Of a stretch of 64,000 bases of DNA, positions 1 to 13,699 are shown piece by piece (position 1 is the stretch's first letter; each line of letters opens with the position of its first letter). The translations under genes and the position numbers were made by a program. The DNA comes from Epiperipatus broadwayi. Taxonomy: Eukaryota; Animalia; Onychophora. The stretch is taken from assembly GCA_028023455.1 (NCBI GenBank), contig JAQFVV010000005.1, positions 1,178,001-1,242,000 on the forward strand. The letters are read 5' to 3'. The notes beneath the pieces were generated by a model. It did not search any database, was not told where the DNA came from, and saw nothing but the letters and a program-made list of their open reading frames with translations.

Positions 1-278
1 AAGAATAACCATGGTCTGTGAATGAAGATCCATTTCTATTGAAATCCATTTTACTAGGTTTTATGAATTAATTTCAACACACACATATATATATATATAA
101 TGAAACATGTTTTTGGGAATAACATCTTTTACCTGCGAAAACATTTCTTTCAACATACAGGCAGTCCCCTATTTACGAACTTAATTGGTTCCTGATGTGT
201 GCTTGGAAGTTGAAATTATTTGAAAGTAGATATATAAAAAAACATCAGAAAGGATTTTCAAAATACAGTATTTATTTT

Positions 279-907
279 TTATTGATTAGTATCTGGAGTT
301 TTGTTTACAAATTTATCAATAGTTAATTGAATTTTATTCTTTTTCTTCTCTTGATAAAGAATTCTGTGTCTTTTTCTATTGCCCTTCATACATGAGATAT
401 ATATACTCTCCATGCTAGTCAAAAATTTGTCAAGATGCATGAAGGCTTCATTCATACTCTTGATCGTCAAACTCTTAATATTAAGTTCATTATCAGGTTC
501 TTCTTTATTTTGTATTTCATTCATCTGAGTGAGATTGCATTAACTCAACAATATATTCATCAGTGACATTGCTTGTTACAAATTCAACAGCCTTTTTGAT
601 ATTGATCTTCAACTCACAAAGCCAAAGATTTCTCCATTTCATCCATTACTCTGCCATGTCTTTTTGAAACAATCTTTGAAGAAATATTTCCACAATTTTT
701 AACGTATTCTTTAATTTTGTTCTTGTTTTTCACAATTGTGTATATTGTTGATCGGTTTAAATTACATGAATGTGTGATTGAAGCAAAATGTTCACCATTT
801 TCAGAACGTCTAATTATATCCATTTTTATCTCGACCATTTGGGGTTTATGAGACCTTGATTTCTTTTTGGTTGTATCAATACTGCTGTTTTTTTGTTTTT
901 CACTCAT
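279..907 (-). pseudogene. pogo/Tigger transposase remnant: N-terminal CENP-B/psq-type HTH joined to the C-terminal tail, DDE domain absent
   Basis: MSEKQK...EIKMDIIRRSENGE...CNLNRSTIYTIVKNKNKIKE resembles the Tigger N-terminal HTH. LTIKSMNEAFMHLDKFL...ILYQEKKKNKIQLTIDKFV resembles the Tigger C-terminus. Only about 630 nt are present in total. Confidence 0.8.
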
Positions 908-1324
908 GTTTTTAATCAATAAGAATGGAAAAAATTCACCAAAACAGAAATATGTACAGTGTATATGTAACATAATTGCGCACAAGCTACTTTTAAAAAC
1001 AAGATGATCCTGTTCAAGACAGTCTGTGGTGATGCTAAAAATAAAAGTAATTAATGTTAGAGAGATGGGAAGATTTACTGTATTTTATATAAGTTCTTAT
1101 TGTTCACTAAAATATACTTTTAATTATTTTCTAAATCCCAAAGTTTATCTTTCTTTAGAAAACATTCAATTACGAATGTATGTAAATAGTTTTTTTTATC
1201 AGCTACTGTAAATTTGTAGCATTAATTACTAAAAGGAATTTTTAATTATTAAAGTACTAAAATACTGTATAATTTTGAATACCCATTTCTTTTTACAGCA
1301 TATAGCATTAATTATATGTGAAAG

Positions 1325-4300
1325 GGCTGCAGAAAGGAGTTTGCTATTAACTGAAAGGAGACCCTTTGATTCCTCTTGGAGGCCTTAAAGGAACCGAGCA
1401 GGGCAAATTCCTAATGTCCACTCCATACGTTCTTGTCGTTGCAGCTGTTATTACTATATGTTTATTCATATAGTATACGAACATGGATGGGCTGCTCACC
1501 AACACGCATTAGCCAGCGTGGTGAGTTTATTGGCTTTTTACCTCTGAGTTTAAGATCAAGAAACACGATGGTCTTTCTTCTCAGTGCCTGATAAGGCAGA
1601 ATGAATGTTTGTGTAAATGATAAAGATTTTTCCCAATTATACAATTATGACAGACAAAAATAAAGCATGGCCCTTAATCCCAGGAGGCTGTAAAGTCACC
1701 AACCAAGGCAGCGGTTGGTGGCCGAAGGCGGAGGGTGCTAAGAATATCCTGGAGGTGGACCCAGGCTGCCATTTGATGACGACTTTTTATTTAGGTACTT
1801 ACAACTGCAGATCACTTTCAAGTGAAGGAAGATTGCAAGAATTAGAAGAAGAACTCTCTTATATTAAATGGGATATTATTGGACTTTGTGAAGTTAGAAG
1901 AAAAGGTGAAGAGACAATTGATTTAAAAAGTGGACATATGCTCTATTATAAAGGCACAAATATTGGAAATACAAGTGGAGTAGGATTCATTATAAATAAA
2001 AAGTGGAAGAACAATATTGTGAAGATTGATGGTGTATCAGACAGAGTGGCAAGATTAGTTATACAACTTAATAGCAGATATCAAATGCAGATAATTCAGG
2101 TTTATGCCCCAACAAGTTCTCACAGTGATGAAGTAGTAGAAGATTTTTATATGGATGTACAAAAGGCTTTTAATCAGAGTAAACAACATTTTAAAATTGT
2201 TATGGGAGATTTTAATGCTAGAATTGGTAAACAAATGAAAGATGAAAGTGTTGTAGGTAATTTTGGTTATGGTAATAGAAATGAGAGAGGACATAGACTT
2301 GTGGAGTTTGCAGAGAAGGAAAAACTTTATATTATGAATTCTTTTTTTGAGAAAAATGTTAGAAGGAAATGGACATGGAAGCATCCAAATGAAGGTACAG
2401 CAGAATTGGATTATATTTTGACTAACAGGAAATACATATTTCAAGATTGTAATGTTCTTAATAAATTTAACACAGGAAGTGATCATCGATTAGTAAGGGG
2501 TAAGATACATGTTAATGTAAAACTAGAGAGACAAAAATTATTAAGAAAAACTATATTTACAGTTGATATTCCTAATCTTCAGAAACATTCTAATGAATTT
2601 AAATTAGAACTTACAAATCGGTTTCAAGTATTAGTAGATTTTGAACATGATTCAGATTTGAATGAAATTAATATGAAAATAACTGATACACTTTTAAAAA
2701 CTGCAACAAAGATAGCTGGTAGAAAAAAGCAGCAATTGACTAATAAAATTTCTACTGAGACTAGAGAACTTATGAAGAAAAGAAGGAATATGAAGATATG
2801 CAAGAATGATGCATTAAAAAGAATTGAATATCTCGAATTTTGTAAAATGGTGCGGAAAAGAGTTGAAAATGATATAAGAAAGTATAACTGTGAACTAGCA
2901 AGAAAAGCTGTAGAAGAAAATAAAAGTCTTAAGAATGTAAAACAACATTTTGGTATTGGTAGGAAATTTATATCTGCAATAAGGAAAAAAGATGGAATTA
3001 TTACTAAAAAGAGGGATGACATTATGAAATTGGTAGAAGATTTTTATCAAGAATTATATAGTAATAAAGAACAAGTACCTCCTATATCTATTACATCTTC
3101 CGAATTGCCCAGAATTTTAAATGAAGAAGTGAGAAATGCAATTAAATGTATGAAAAAAGGAAAGGCTCCAGGTAATGATGGAATTATAATTGATATATTA
3201 AAAGAAGCAGGTGAAGAAGAGCAGGTGAAGAAACAGAAAAAATATTAGCAAAGTTATATACCAAATGTCTAAATGATAAAGATGTACCGGATGATTGGAA
3301 GAATGCAGTAATAATATTAATATTTAAAAAAGGTGATAAAGAAGATATTAGAAATTACAGACCTATCAGCCTTTTATCAGTTTTATATAAAATTTTTACC
3401 AAGATAATTACAACTCGTCTACAGAGAACCTTGGATTTTCACCAACCAAGAGAACAAGCTGGATTTAAAAGTGGTTTTAGTACAGTAGATCATATTCAAG
3501 TATTGAGAGAAGTTATAGAAAGGACAAATGAATATGAGTTGTCATTATGTTTTGGATTTGTAGATTATGAAAAGGCATTTGATTCTATAAACATTTCTTT
3601 AGTGATTAAAGCATTGGATCATCAAGGTATAGATCCAGGATATTGTCATATTTTAAAGAATATTTATAAAAATGCAACAGCAACAATTAGATTACATAAT
3701 GATACTGGGAAAGTCAACATTGAGAAAGGTGTAAGACAAGGTGACTCCATATCTCCAAAACTTTTTACAGCAGTGCTTCAAGAAGTATTTTGTGGATTAA
3801 AATGGGAAACTAAAGGAGTGAAAGTAAATGGAGATTATTTAAGTCATTTAGATTTCGCAGATGATGTAGTTGTTTTTGCAAATAATGCTTCCGAGCTGCA
3901 GGAAATGTTGCAGGAGTTATCAGATGAAAGTAGGACTAAAGATAAATGTTAAAAAGACTAAAGTAATGTTTAATCGATTTGCTCAAAATATGAAAATAAA
4001 GATTGATTATGATGAATTAGAAGAAGTTAAGAGTTACAAATACCTTGGCCAGATTATTAATACAGATGGAAACATAATAGAGGAAATTAATCATAGAATT
4101 AAACTTGGTTGGAGTGCTTTTGGTAGAAATAACTTGATATTAAAAGGAAATATGCCTATGTGTTTGAAAAGAAAGGTTTTTAACAAATGTGTTTTACCAG
4201 TTCTTACTTATGGATCTGAGACTTGGACACTTAATAGAAGATCAATACAGAGACTTCAGACCACTCAAAGAAGTATGGAGAGATGTATGTTGGGAGTAAC

Positions 4301-4621
4301 AAGAAGAGATCGAAAACGCAATGTATGGGTAAGAGAACAAACAGGTGTTACTGACCTCATTGAAAAAATTAAAAGATTGAAGTGGAGTTGGGCTGGACAT
4401 ATTGCTAGAAGAGATGATAATAGATGGACAATTGAAATTTTAAACTGGATTCCAAGAGATTGTAAAAGACCCAGAAGGAGACCACATGTAAGATGGATGG
4501 ATGAAATAAGAAAATGTGTAGGGGTGATGTGGAGAAGAGAAGCTAAAGATCGGAGAAGATGGATTAAACTTGGAGAGACCTTCATCCTGCAGTGGATTGA
4601 TAATGGTTGATAATGATGATG
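1325..4621 (+). mobile_element. Full-length RTE-clade LINE (about 3.3 kb)
   Basis: APE endonuclease motifs (LGTYNCRSL, DIIGLCEVRR, MGDFNAR, SDH), RT motifs (GVRQGDSISP, DFADD), and a (GAT)n tail at about 4608-4623. Probable 11-bp TSD atatgtgaaag (1314-1324) / atatatgaaag (4622-4632). Confidence 0.93.
1617..4610 (+). pseudogene. RTE endonuclease-reverse transcriptase ORF broken by two indels
   Basis: A 14-nt duplication (gcaggtgaagaa at 3207 and 3221) and an 8-nt deletion near 3930 (relative to the 58719 copy) shift the frame. No internal stops were seen in the reconstructed frame. Confidence 0.88.
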
Positions 4622-6911
4622 ATATATGAAAGTATGTGCATAGATAAAAATCTAAAACCCAAACGCGATTACAAATGTTTACAACTCCGAGTGTTTATAA
4701 CTAGGGGACTGCCTGTATATATATTGTAATTTATTGGTTAGAATATATGCAAACCATTTCCATGATCTACAGTTTTAAGTCTGGGTGTTGGCATTTTTTT
4801 TTAAGTAACTGGGATTTTTCCAAGTAATAAGACAAAGGAATTTTTTGAGTGCTTGGTTCAAAGGGAGTCCTGGTATATATTCATTGTATTGGTAGTTAAT
4901 CCCTTAGCTTTTTTTTATATATTTGTTATTAAATATTTATTTTCAAATAATTAGTTTAATGAAAGTTTTTTAAAAATAAGAAATTTATCATGTGAAATTA
5001 ATAAAAATAAGTTAAAAATTATGGTAATGGTTATAAAAATACATAGAAGTGTTTATCTTTTCTCATTATTATGAGAATTATGTTTGCCAAAATTCTCAAG
5101 CTAGTATTCAAGCTTTAGCATTTTCTTATTTTCTAATTACTTCTCTCATCTGTAGACTCACTAGCTTATTAGTATTCAATGTTAATTCCTTTATTACTTA
5201 TGCTGCAATAAACTGGGATGTGGTGATTTTTGCCAGGGTGGAAGTGGTATTCCGCGGTGTAAGACAAAGACTTGAATAGGTATCTGGCAGTTCTTAGCAC
5301 TGAAGAGGCAAAATTCTTCAAAATAATCAGCTTTGGTCATGGTGTAGTCTTCACCAGTTGTGAGATAAGGATTATACTCCTAGTGGTTTATCTCACTCCA
5401 TTCTCAATTGAAACATCATTAGTTTTAACTATATTTTTATTACATACCTATGCATTTATTTATTTATTTAATTTTTTTCATATAAATGTTTGTCAAGTTT
5501 CTTGAATACATTTTTTTTAATTGACTATTTCAGTTCCATATAATGCTACATTAGGTCTTTTTCAATTCTAATAGCCCCCCGTCCTCCCCCAAATAAAGTT
5601 TGCCATAGTAGATGTGTCTTTAAGTTTACTTTTTCTAATTATTTTTACATATTTAAAGTTCATAATCTCATCTATTGTTTCATTCTCTAATTTTACTCCA
5701 TTAACTGCTAGATGAAATAATTTCACAGCATTGAGGTTGAAGTGAGGCTGGTCACTTTATGGCTGACTAATTGGGACTGTCATTTGTTTATTCTGGGAAA
5801 TCATAAATAGAAAATGTTGCTACAGTCAGCATTATTCCTGCTAAAGCTGATTTGAGGTGGTGTGACAGCTCTAGGCCCTGTGCTTGCACAATCTACATTT
5901 TTTGGAAAAAATAAATATTTTATTACCTGCTAAACATAATTACTGTTTTGTTTTTCTGCCAAAATTTTGTTATTTGAAAGCCCTACAACATCAAAGTAAT
6001 ACAATAGTAGAGGCACTGGTTGTGTGGTGATGTAGGTTTTTTCAGTTATGTTGCATGTGTATGCGTAAATATTTCACAATGTTCTTTTGGTCATGTTAAT
6101 GTGAAATCAGCGTAGGTCAATAATGATTCTCTTCATTAGAAATTATGGTGATGTCATTAATGGATTTGCAATAAAACATTCAAGGAAATAAAATATAATT
6201 TTGTATTTTTCATCCTATGCTGTGAAATTTTATAAACACATAACAACTAAATATCAATTCAAACTTGTTTCAGTATGTTAAGCATATACTTTGCAAGATA
6301 GGGACAATTCTCTATTCACAACTCATGCATTTTGACAAATATTATAAAGAAGAGATTTTGTAATAGATTAAATGGCTGGATATTATATATAATTATTGAA
6401 GTGAATCTCAACTCTCATAATCAAGATGGGGCACAATCTCCTTCCTCGACCAAACATTTGTAGTTAACATGCCTAAATTATGAGTATGAAAAAGATATTC
6501 ATAATAAAACTATGATACTTGTGATTAATATCCAATTTTATATTTCCTAATATTTTAGTATTAAGATTCTACTATTTGAAATGAACATTTTAAAACAAAT
6601 CATATAACTTACAAAGTGCTTTTTCTCTATTAAAAATCAAATTCTTTCAAAAACAAACAAACAAACAAACAAAATAACTTATCATTATCCAAAACGATCT
6701 GGATATTGATACATGTCATTTTGTCATGGTTATTAATACAAATATTCAAATCTCCATTCAGAATACCTGACGATTGAAAAAATGTATATGTAGGTGAGAG
6801 TAGAGTTTGTAATATTTGATCTTTATATATTGGTTATCTTTTATATCAAAATCTTATTTGCTGCTGGGTTCAGTGTTTAGATATGCTCTGATAATTATAT
6901 AAATTGTTAAA

Positions 6912-6974
6912 TATAGGGGATTTGAACTCAGACTTTCAAGCTCTTTCACTACCCACTATCCTGTATTTCAAATC
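6912..6974 (-). mobile_element. Truncated tRNA-derived SINE with 17-bp TSD
   Basis: ttatataaattgttaaa at 6895-6911 and 6975-6991. The insert read on - ends gtctgagttcaaatcccc, a B-box/T-arm-like sequence. Confidence 0.6.
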
Positions 6975-7349
6975 TTATATAAATTGTTAAAATAAGTTTA
7001 TATATATATGACACTGTTGATGTTCGAATATAAATGCTGAATGGAAAAGTAGAAAGGTTTTGTGTTAAATAAACAAGCAGACATAAAAAAAAGGTTTGAT
7101 ATTGTTCAATTATTGTTTAATATATATTTTTCCCTTGCATAATCTAATATGTTAGCATTTGTCTGTGTGTAACCAAAATTTATGATTATATAATTAAGAA
7201 TACCTCTATAGCTTACTAATACCGTACATTTAAATATTATATAAATATAGTAATTTTTTTTTCAATTATTCTTTTGACTTAATTTTACAACATATGAAAG
7301 AATATATAATGTTTACACACATCTTTTGTTTTTTTATTATTTTTTTTAG

Positions 7350-7433
7350 GCCTCTTACGATGAAATCAAGAAGGTTCTCAAAGCTGCATCAGAGGGTCCA
7401 ATGAAAGGAATTTTGGGTTACACGGAAGATGAG
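7350..7433 (+). CDS. GAPDH: GAPDH internal coding exon (84 nt, phase 0-0): ASYDEIKKVLKAASEGPMKGILGYTEDE
   Basis: Long poly-T tract and AG at 7348-7349, 28 open codons, then GAG|GTATAG donor. The peptide matches the conserved GAPDH C-terminal segment (xYDxIKxxxKxAxEGxxKGILGYTED). Too short for the ORF track. Confidence 0.95.
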
Positions 7434-8699
7434 GTATAGTGAAATTATAACTTTTTAATATTGAAAAGGAGAATTATTTTATTTAATTTGTTATGTAAAT
7501 CTTTTTTTATTGATCCAAGCACTAGAAATTGTGAAACCGTTGCTCTGTTTTGTTTCTGATTTTTCGTTTGACTGCTGCTGGATGTGTTCATTGGTTTACA
7601 ATCTGTTAGCTGATCTTCTCCCTGACTGAGTTTGTAAAGGATACAGATTGAAAAATAGAAAAAGTTACATAACTTTTCCAATTTATTTTTATATCTGTGT
7701 GTGTATCTATATATACATGCATGCTAAAGGAGAATTCTGATAATAAAAATTCTATAATGTGGAAGAAATCTACCGTCTCTGCCCATTGTCTATACTTTTA
7801 GCTTGCTATTATTATCAACATGTCAATTATAATTTTTATTCATATGCGAATTTCTTCTCTCCCCTTTCAGTAATCTTTCATTATAAAGTGATTATTTTAT
7901 CTTTTTATTATCTCCCACCCCCCTGCTTTCTTCAAATTATTTTATTATATATATTAATACTCAGTATTGAGCATGATTTTTGGATCCTAGCCTTGACAGC
8001 AGTTAATATATTGTTTTAAACTGCATGGGAGAAATAGTTATAAACTACTGCCATAACCTATATTGAGCATTTTATTCATAGGTGGATATATTATGCTGTT
8101 ACCAGATATTGATTCTATATGATGGCACTGCAGTAATGCTAATGTTTAGTACTCTTTAAATCTTTGAGACACATTTTATATGCACGCATGCCACTTGCAC
8201 ACATTTGTAAATCTTTACAATGATTTGCCCAAGAGTATGTTTACAGATCACTCCAAATTACTTTCTCTATATTTTTAAAACCAGGGTTCACATTTTTTTT
8301 TAAAGAAAACTCAGTTGTGTGAGTGATTGCATTGCTATCTCATGAACGTCCATTGATTACTATTTTTATACATTATTGTAGGTTGAAGTAGTTGAAAACA
8401 ATTTTTTTTTTTAAATAAAAAAATTATTTATGTTTACTTTTGATGTTTCAAAGCTGCACATCAAAAAAAAAAAAAAGAAATCGAGCATTCCTAAAGATAA
8501 CAATGCATTTTTCTATTATATATATATAATATCACATGATCACCATTCATTGATTACTTTGGTTGGCACAGGATGGCACTACTGTATGGAGAGTTTTGCC
8601 TTGAATATATATATAATATCTTCACTGTTTTGTATGCTATAAGTAGAAATTGAATTATTAATTGGTTGGGTGGGGTATGTGATATTCAAGAACCAGAGA

Positions 8700-8775
8700 G
8701 AACAAGTGGGCAATTCAAAAACCATTGGTTCTCAAGTCTATCATTCTACCAACTGTGCTAAACAGCATAGTGCAT
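8700..8775 (-). mobile_element. Degraded tRNA-like SINE head
   Basis: The - strand reads tagcacagttggtagaatgatagacttgaga, resembling an A-box/D-arm. Confidence 0.4.
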
Positions 8776-8919
8776 TATTGGATTATAAATACTACAACAT
8801 TAAAACACACAACACTAAATTCTAAGATATTTATTTTTGACGGAATTGACTTAAATACGAAATAATACACCACAAAAGTTTTTTTTTTTTTTTAAAGGAT
8901 TGATCTTTATTTGATTCAA

Positions 8920-9180
8920 TTCAGTTTTTGAAAGGAGCTATGCATCTATCAGTATCATTTCCAAACATTCTGGTTTCATTGTAGGATGAAAGTCCTTTGC
9001 CATAAATGTGATCTAAGCCTTTCCGCAATTTTTTGTTGTTTTTTCTAACAACATATCCAGCCCACCATGATACCAATGATATCTGTTTGTTTTTCATCAA
9101 TGTAGTTATCTTTTGATCAATTTTTGTTACTCCCTTCATATGTCTTCATCTTTTGCTATATTGTCTGAAATCTTTATATT
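8920..9180 (-). mobile_element. Degraded RTE 3' fragment
   Basis: Reverse complement aligns by eye to about 4240-4450 (gggagtaacaa, tgggctgga.at.ttg.taga). The ORF track shows WWAGYVVR, compare WSWAGHIAR. Confidence 0.7.
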
Positions 9181-11622
9181 ACTCTTCTGTTAAGCATCAA
9201 TGTTGTGGTAAAAACCCTTTTTTTTTTTAAAAAAAAAAAATCCCAGTTAAACACTTAGACATATTTTTCTTTTAATACCAAGTTATTTTTAAAGAATTTG
9301 CAATTTATAATAATCAGTGATTCATTGACTGATTTTGACCTTCAAAATCAAGTCATGTGATTAGTTCAATCAGTATATTTTTCACTTAATGGTCATAACT
9401 ATTTTTCCAAATGCAATTCAATTTTCAGGTTGTGCAAATCATTAATTGACTTCTGATTTTATATTCATTTCTCTAGGTTGCATTTCTTTTTATGTACTAC
9501 GAAATAAAACAATAAAAGTATATAAATTTTAAGCTCATGTTATCTATAACTTTAGTTTTTTATCATTCATTGCATTATGTTTATTATATTATGTCTTCAA
9601 TTATGTTACGTAATTACAAGTGTCATTAAAGCTATCATTTCCTTTATTTTGCTGTAATGTTTTATATAAATACAATTTGTACAATTCATTTTATAGCAAA
9701 AATATTTATTATATATATATACACATACAAGCAGGACTGTTGAAACTTGAGGTTGTGTGTGTGTACATATATATATATTAATACATGTTTTTGCTATAAA
9801 ATATTTGAAGTAAGGTGTAGAAATTGTATTTATGTTATGTAATCTGGATTATGATAAATATATGTGAAACATCAGGCATACATTTGTTTATCTATTAAAA
9901 TAGAAGTGGTTACAGGTATGCAGTCTAGTACGATATAAAACAAAATTAAATTGATGACTAAATTTTTCTTTCGGATATTTATTTTTTGATAACTAGTGTA
10001 TCTATCTTTCAATGTGTGATAAAATCAAAACGCATTCAAATGACTTTCTTGTCTTTTGTGTATTTTTTGACAGATTCCATTTATTCTTCCTTGCAATTCT
10101 TAATATTTAGTTAATGGATATTATATTTTAAATGATCCGTTAATTGATTTCTAAAATACAATTGTTGCTTTTTTAAAAATTTGATATTGTAGTTAAACAT
10201 ATAATAATACATTTATAGAAATTTATCTGTTAATACTTCCACATTTCAGTGTTTTTTTCATCAGCCTCTAGTGATGACTTGAATTGCAAACATTTTATTT
10301 TAGTATTAAAAGTTTTTATTCCATATTATGAACTAATAGATTGTAATTAATTTATTATAAATATAAAAGTACAAATAAAAAAAAAAGTGAAATTTGTAAG
10401 AAGAACATTAATTTTTTTTTTTGTTTTATTACCGTAAAGCCGATAAAAAAAAAAAAAATAATGATATTCTCTAAAATATGAAAGAATTATTGTGAAACCA
10501 TCATAAAACTATGAAATTCTGTTTTAAAATTTAAAATTGCATTTATAATTATTAATATATCACAAAAGTTCTACTATGGTGCAGAGCATTATCGATCATA
10601 CTCATTTTTATTATTACAATGAATTTCATATACTTTTAAAAATAAAACATTTGAAAAAAGTCTGATCATGTAACTATATGGATGCACAACCATTCTTAAC
10701 AACTGATTATGTAATTTATCACCTGCTACATCTTATAAAAACTAAAGCATAGATAAAGTGATATGATTTAAGAATCAGAAAGTAAATATTTTACACACAT
10801 GCATACTCTATTATTATTGTATTTTTTTTTTTAAGTCTTGTAAATATAATAAAAAATAATTTTAAAACAAAACTTGTAATAGTTTATGACAAAATAACCA
10901 AATAAAAGTAAAATAAAATTACTTGTTAATGGAGGATTTTGTTTTTTTAAATAATAATTTATTATTACTAATAACAATACATCAAATTTCCCATCTTTAA
11001 CAATATATGATTTTTTTTTCTACAGTATAGGCTTTTTCATATCTGTACTCCAATATGTAATATATAGGGGGTTTAGTGCCACCTAGTGTAAATTTGATTA
11101 ATCACTGATTATTGTATAATCTCGAATTAAACTTTTTATTTATATCCATAATGAAGAGTTTATATTTTATTATTATTATTTTTCAGCATAATTATATTGA
11201 AGAAGCATTTTTATAATTTTTTTTCATATAATAATATCAATATTGATAGAGCTTGACATTTATCATGCCAATGGCCAAAGAAAAAACTAGTAGATAAGAA
11301 ATAAAATTTACATATTTGTATTACTTGAAAATAATATTTTTTTTTAGCAAACAGCAAAATTCCTTCTAATAAGTTGTAATAAATAAAAATATGGAAATAA
11401 TACAATTCTAATGACCAAACATCTTGTTTTATATTTTGCATAATAAATAAAATACGATACTTTTATAAAAAATGGAAAAAAATGTATGCATTGCTTTCAT
11501 GGAATATATTTACAGTACATGAAAATTATTTATTTATAAAAGATATAAAATTCATTGAAGTAAGCATTATAAATATTATAAAGACATGCAAATAATATAC
11601 TTGACATCTAAATCAATAAAGA

Positions 11623-11926
11623 ATTACTAGATCTTGTTTCCATAAGTTGTATAGTTAAGGCCACATGGAGCCTAACCAAGCTTTAAACCCCAATAGAACA
11701 GCAATGTTGATATTAGTGGAGGGCTAAGATCTCAAGGTCTATCACAGTACCAATTTAATGACAAAGATAAATTCCGGGTCTTAAAAATGGACTGTTCAAA
11801 TTAGGTTGTATCCAATTGTGGTGTCATGAGTGTGGGCTTGGAACGGGTCTGTGAATAAATTGTAATCATTGTGGCGTGAAGGTTGTTAAACTGTATTCGG
11901 ATTTAAAATATGTAAACACATTTTGC
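11623..11926. mobile_element. Unclassified ~300-bp insertion with possible 11-bp TSD
   Basis: atcaataaaga at 11612-11622 and 11927-11937 flanks a stretch GC-richer than its surroundings. Confidence 0.4.
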
Positions 11927-13074
11927 ATCAATAAAGATTCTGTTAAAAATAAATAAAAACATGTTTATTCACAGGAAAATTAAAACAATTGCTGCCAATT
12001 ACTTTCTTATATATTGAAATAAATTATGAAAAACTATAGTCAAAGTGCAATATTGTATATGCAATTATAAAAATGTTTCTTAAATAGATAAAATAAAAAT
12101 AGTATTAAATATATAATCTTATTGCATTTCCAATAACATTAAAAAGAAATTTAGGTTATATATATATCTTAAAATTGTTTTATATTTCTTTCATTTAAGA
12201 AGCATTTTTATATATGCATGACTGTGCTTGTTAAAATGGATATAAATAATGTTAAAATGTTATTTAACAAGAACGACAATACATAAAGTAATTGACAATA
12301 ATTATCTTTATTTTTCTTGCAAATGAAATATGTTTTATTTATTAGGCAAAATACAAAACAAGATGTATACATTGGTTGGGTTTGGTTGCTAAATATATTA
12401 TTACTTATTACACTTATTGAATTCAGATTTTGATTTTTTTATGTATAAATTATTTGGTTGTTTTCTCATCCTCGGTGTTCGCCTCAAGATGTCGCTATTT
12501 CTAGGTAAATTCCTAGAAATATATCGTTTCACCGGCCTTCACCCAACAAAAGAGGAAATTTTCTACGTTATAAATGCAGAAAAGTCCTCACGTTATGTTG
12601 GACGGGGGTGGTGTCAGCGACAGAAGCCAACACAAATGAGACTTCTTTCTATAATGAAACACAGAAAGAGTTCCCGACTGCTGTCGGTTATGGCTTTTTT
12701 TTTTCTATGCTAAAAGCAAAGAGAAAGAAATGCCTTGATCGGCTGCCGTAGTAGTCGATTTTGTTCATCATTTTCTCGTAATAGTAGAATATCTATTTTC
12801 TCTGTAGTTTCGTGTGAGAGTGTGTGTATTTGAAGCAGTCTTGTTTTTTAAAATTTGATAAGACGTCTATTTTTTTTTAATGTGTTATAACTTAGTTTAC
12901 TGTTGTAAGTTTAATAATAATGTCCTAAGATTCCATTACGAATGGGTAACCCTCAAAAATTGCTTTTAAGGGTTCGAAACGGCAAAAAAAATTAAGGACC
13001 ATGCGAAAAGGACCGTTTTCGCGAGAATTCATCCGTGACCAGTTACTTTTGCTATACTGTATATATATACGCAC

Positions 13075-13137
13075 AAACAAAAACAACCCAGTGTCTAATT
13101 ATTAGGAATTACTTGTCCAAAAAAGAAAATTAATCGG

Positions 13138-13208
<71 letters not shown>

Positions 13209-13630
13209 TTTTGTTACATTTATTATTTCAAAATAAGATTAGTTTTTATATCTACACACTAACAAAAACAACCCAGTTTCTACTTAATTACTGTCTTTAA
13301 AAAAAAAAAAAAGAAAGCAAATTCAACGGGGTTTGGTTTTTTTTAATGGAGTATTTGAATTACGGTATTTTTTATATATATACAAAAGATTTACCAAAAA
13401 AAAAAAAAAGAAACCCACTTTCTGATTAATTACTGTCAAAAGAAACGCAAATTAGTCGGCTATCATTTTTAAATTTAGTATTTCAATAACGGTATCCTTT
13501 TTATATAGACACAGTTAACAAAAACAACCCACTTTCTGATTCATTACTGTCCCCCCCCCCTCCCAAAAAAAAAGAAAACGGAAATTAGTCGGGTATCATT
13601 TTTCAATTGAATCTTTCAATGACGGTCCTT
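13075..13630. repeat. About four degenerate 120-180-bp repeats inside the TIR element
   Basis: Recurrent aacccactttctgatt..ttactgtc and aaattagtcgg.tatcattttt motifs. Confidence 0.7.
13139..13208. repeat. (ATT)n microsatellite, about 23 units
   Basis: Uninterrupted ttattatta run. Confidence 0.97.
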
Positions 13631-13699
13631 ACTAATAGTAGTCGGGTATCAATTCTAAATTGTAGTATATAAATGATGTTACTTCTTGCTTTTTTAATA

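Larger units (their letters stand above)
158..4715 (-). mobile_element. pogo/Tigger-like DNA transposon, internally deleted, interrupted by an RTE LINE
   Basis: Terminal inverted repeats CAGGCAGTCCCCTA at 158-171 and 4702-4715, TA on both sides (156-157, 4716-4717), and transposase remnants on the - strand. Confidence 0.9.
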
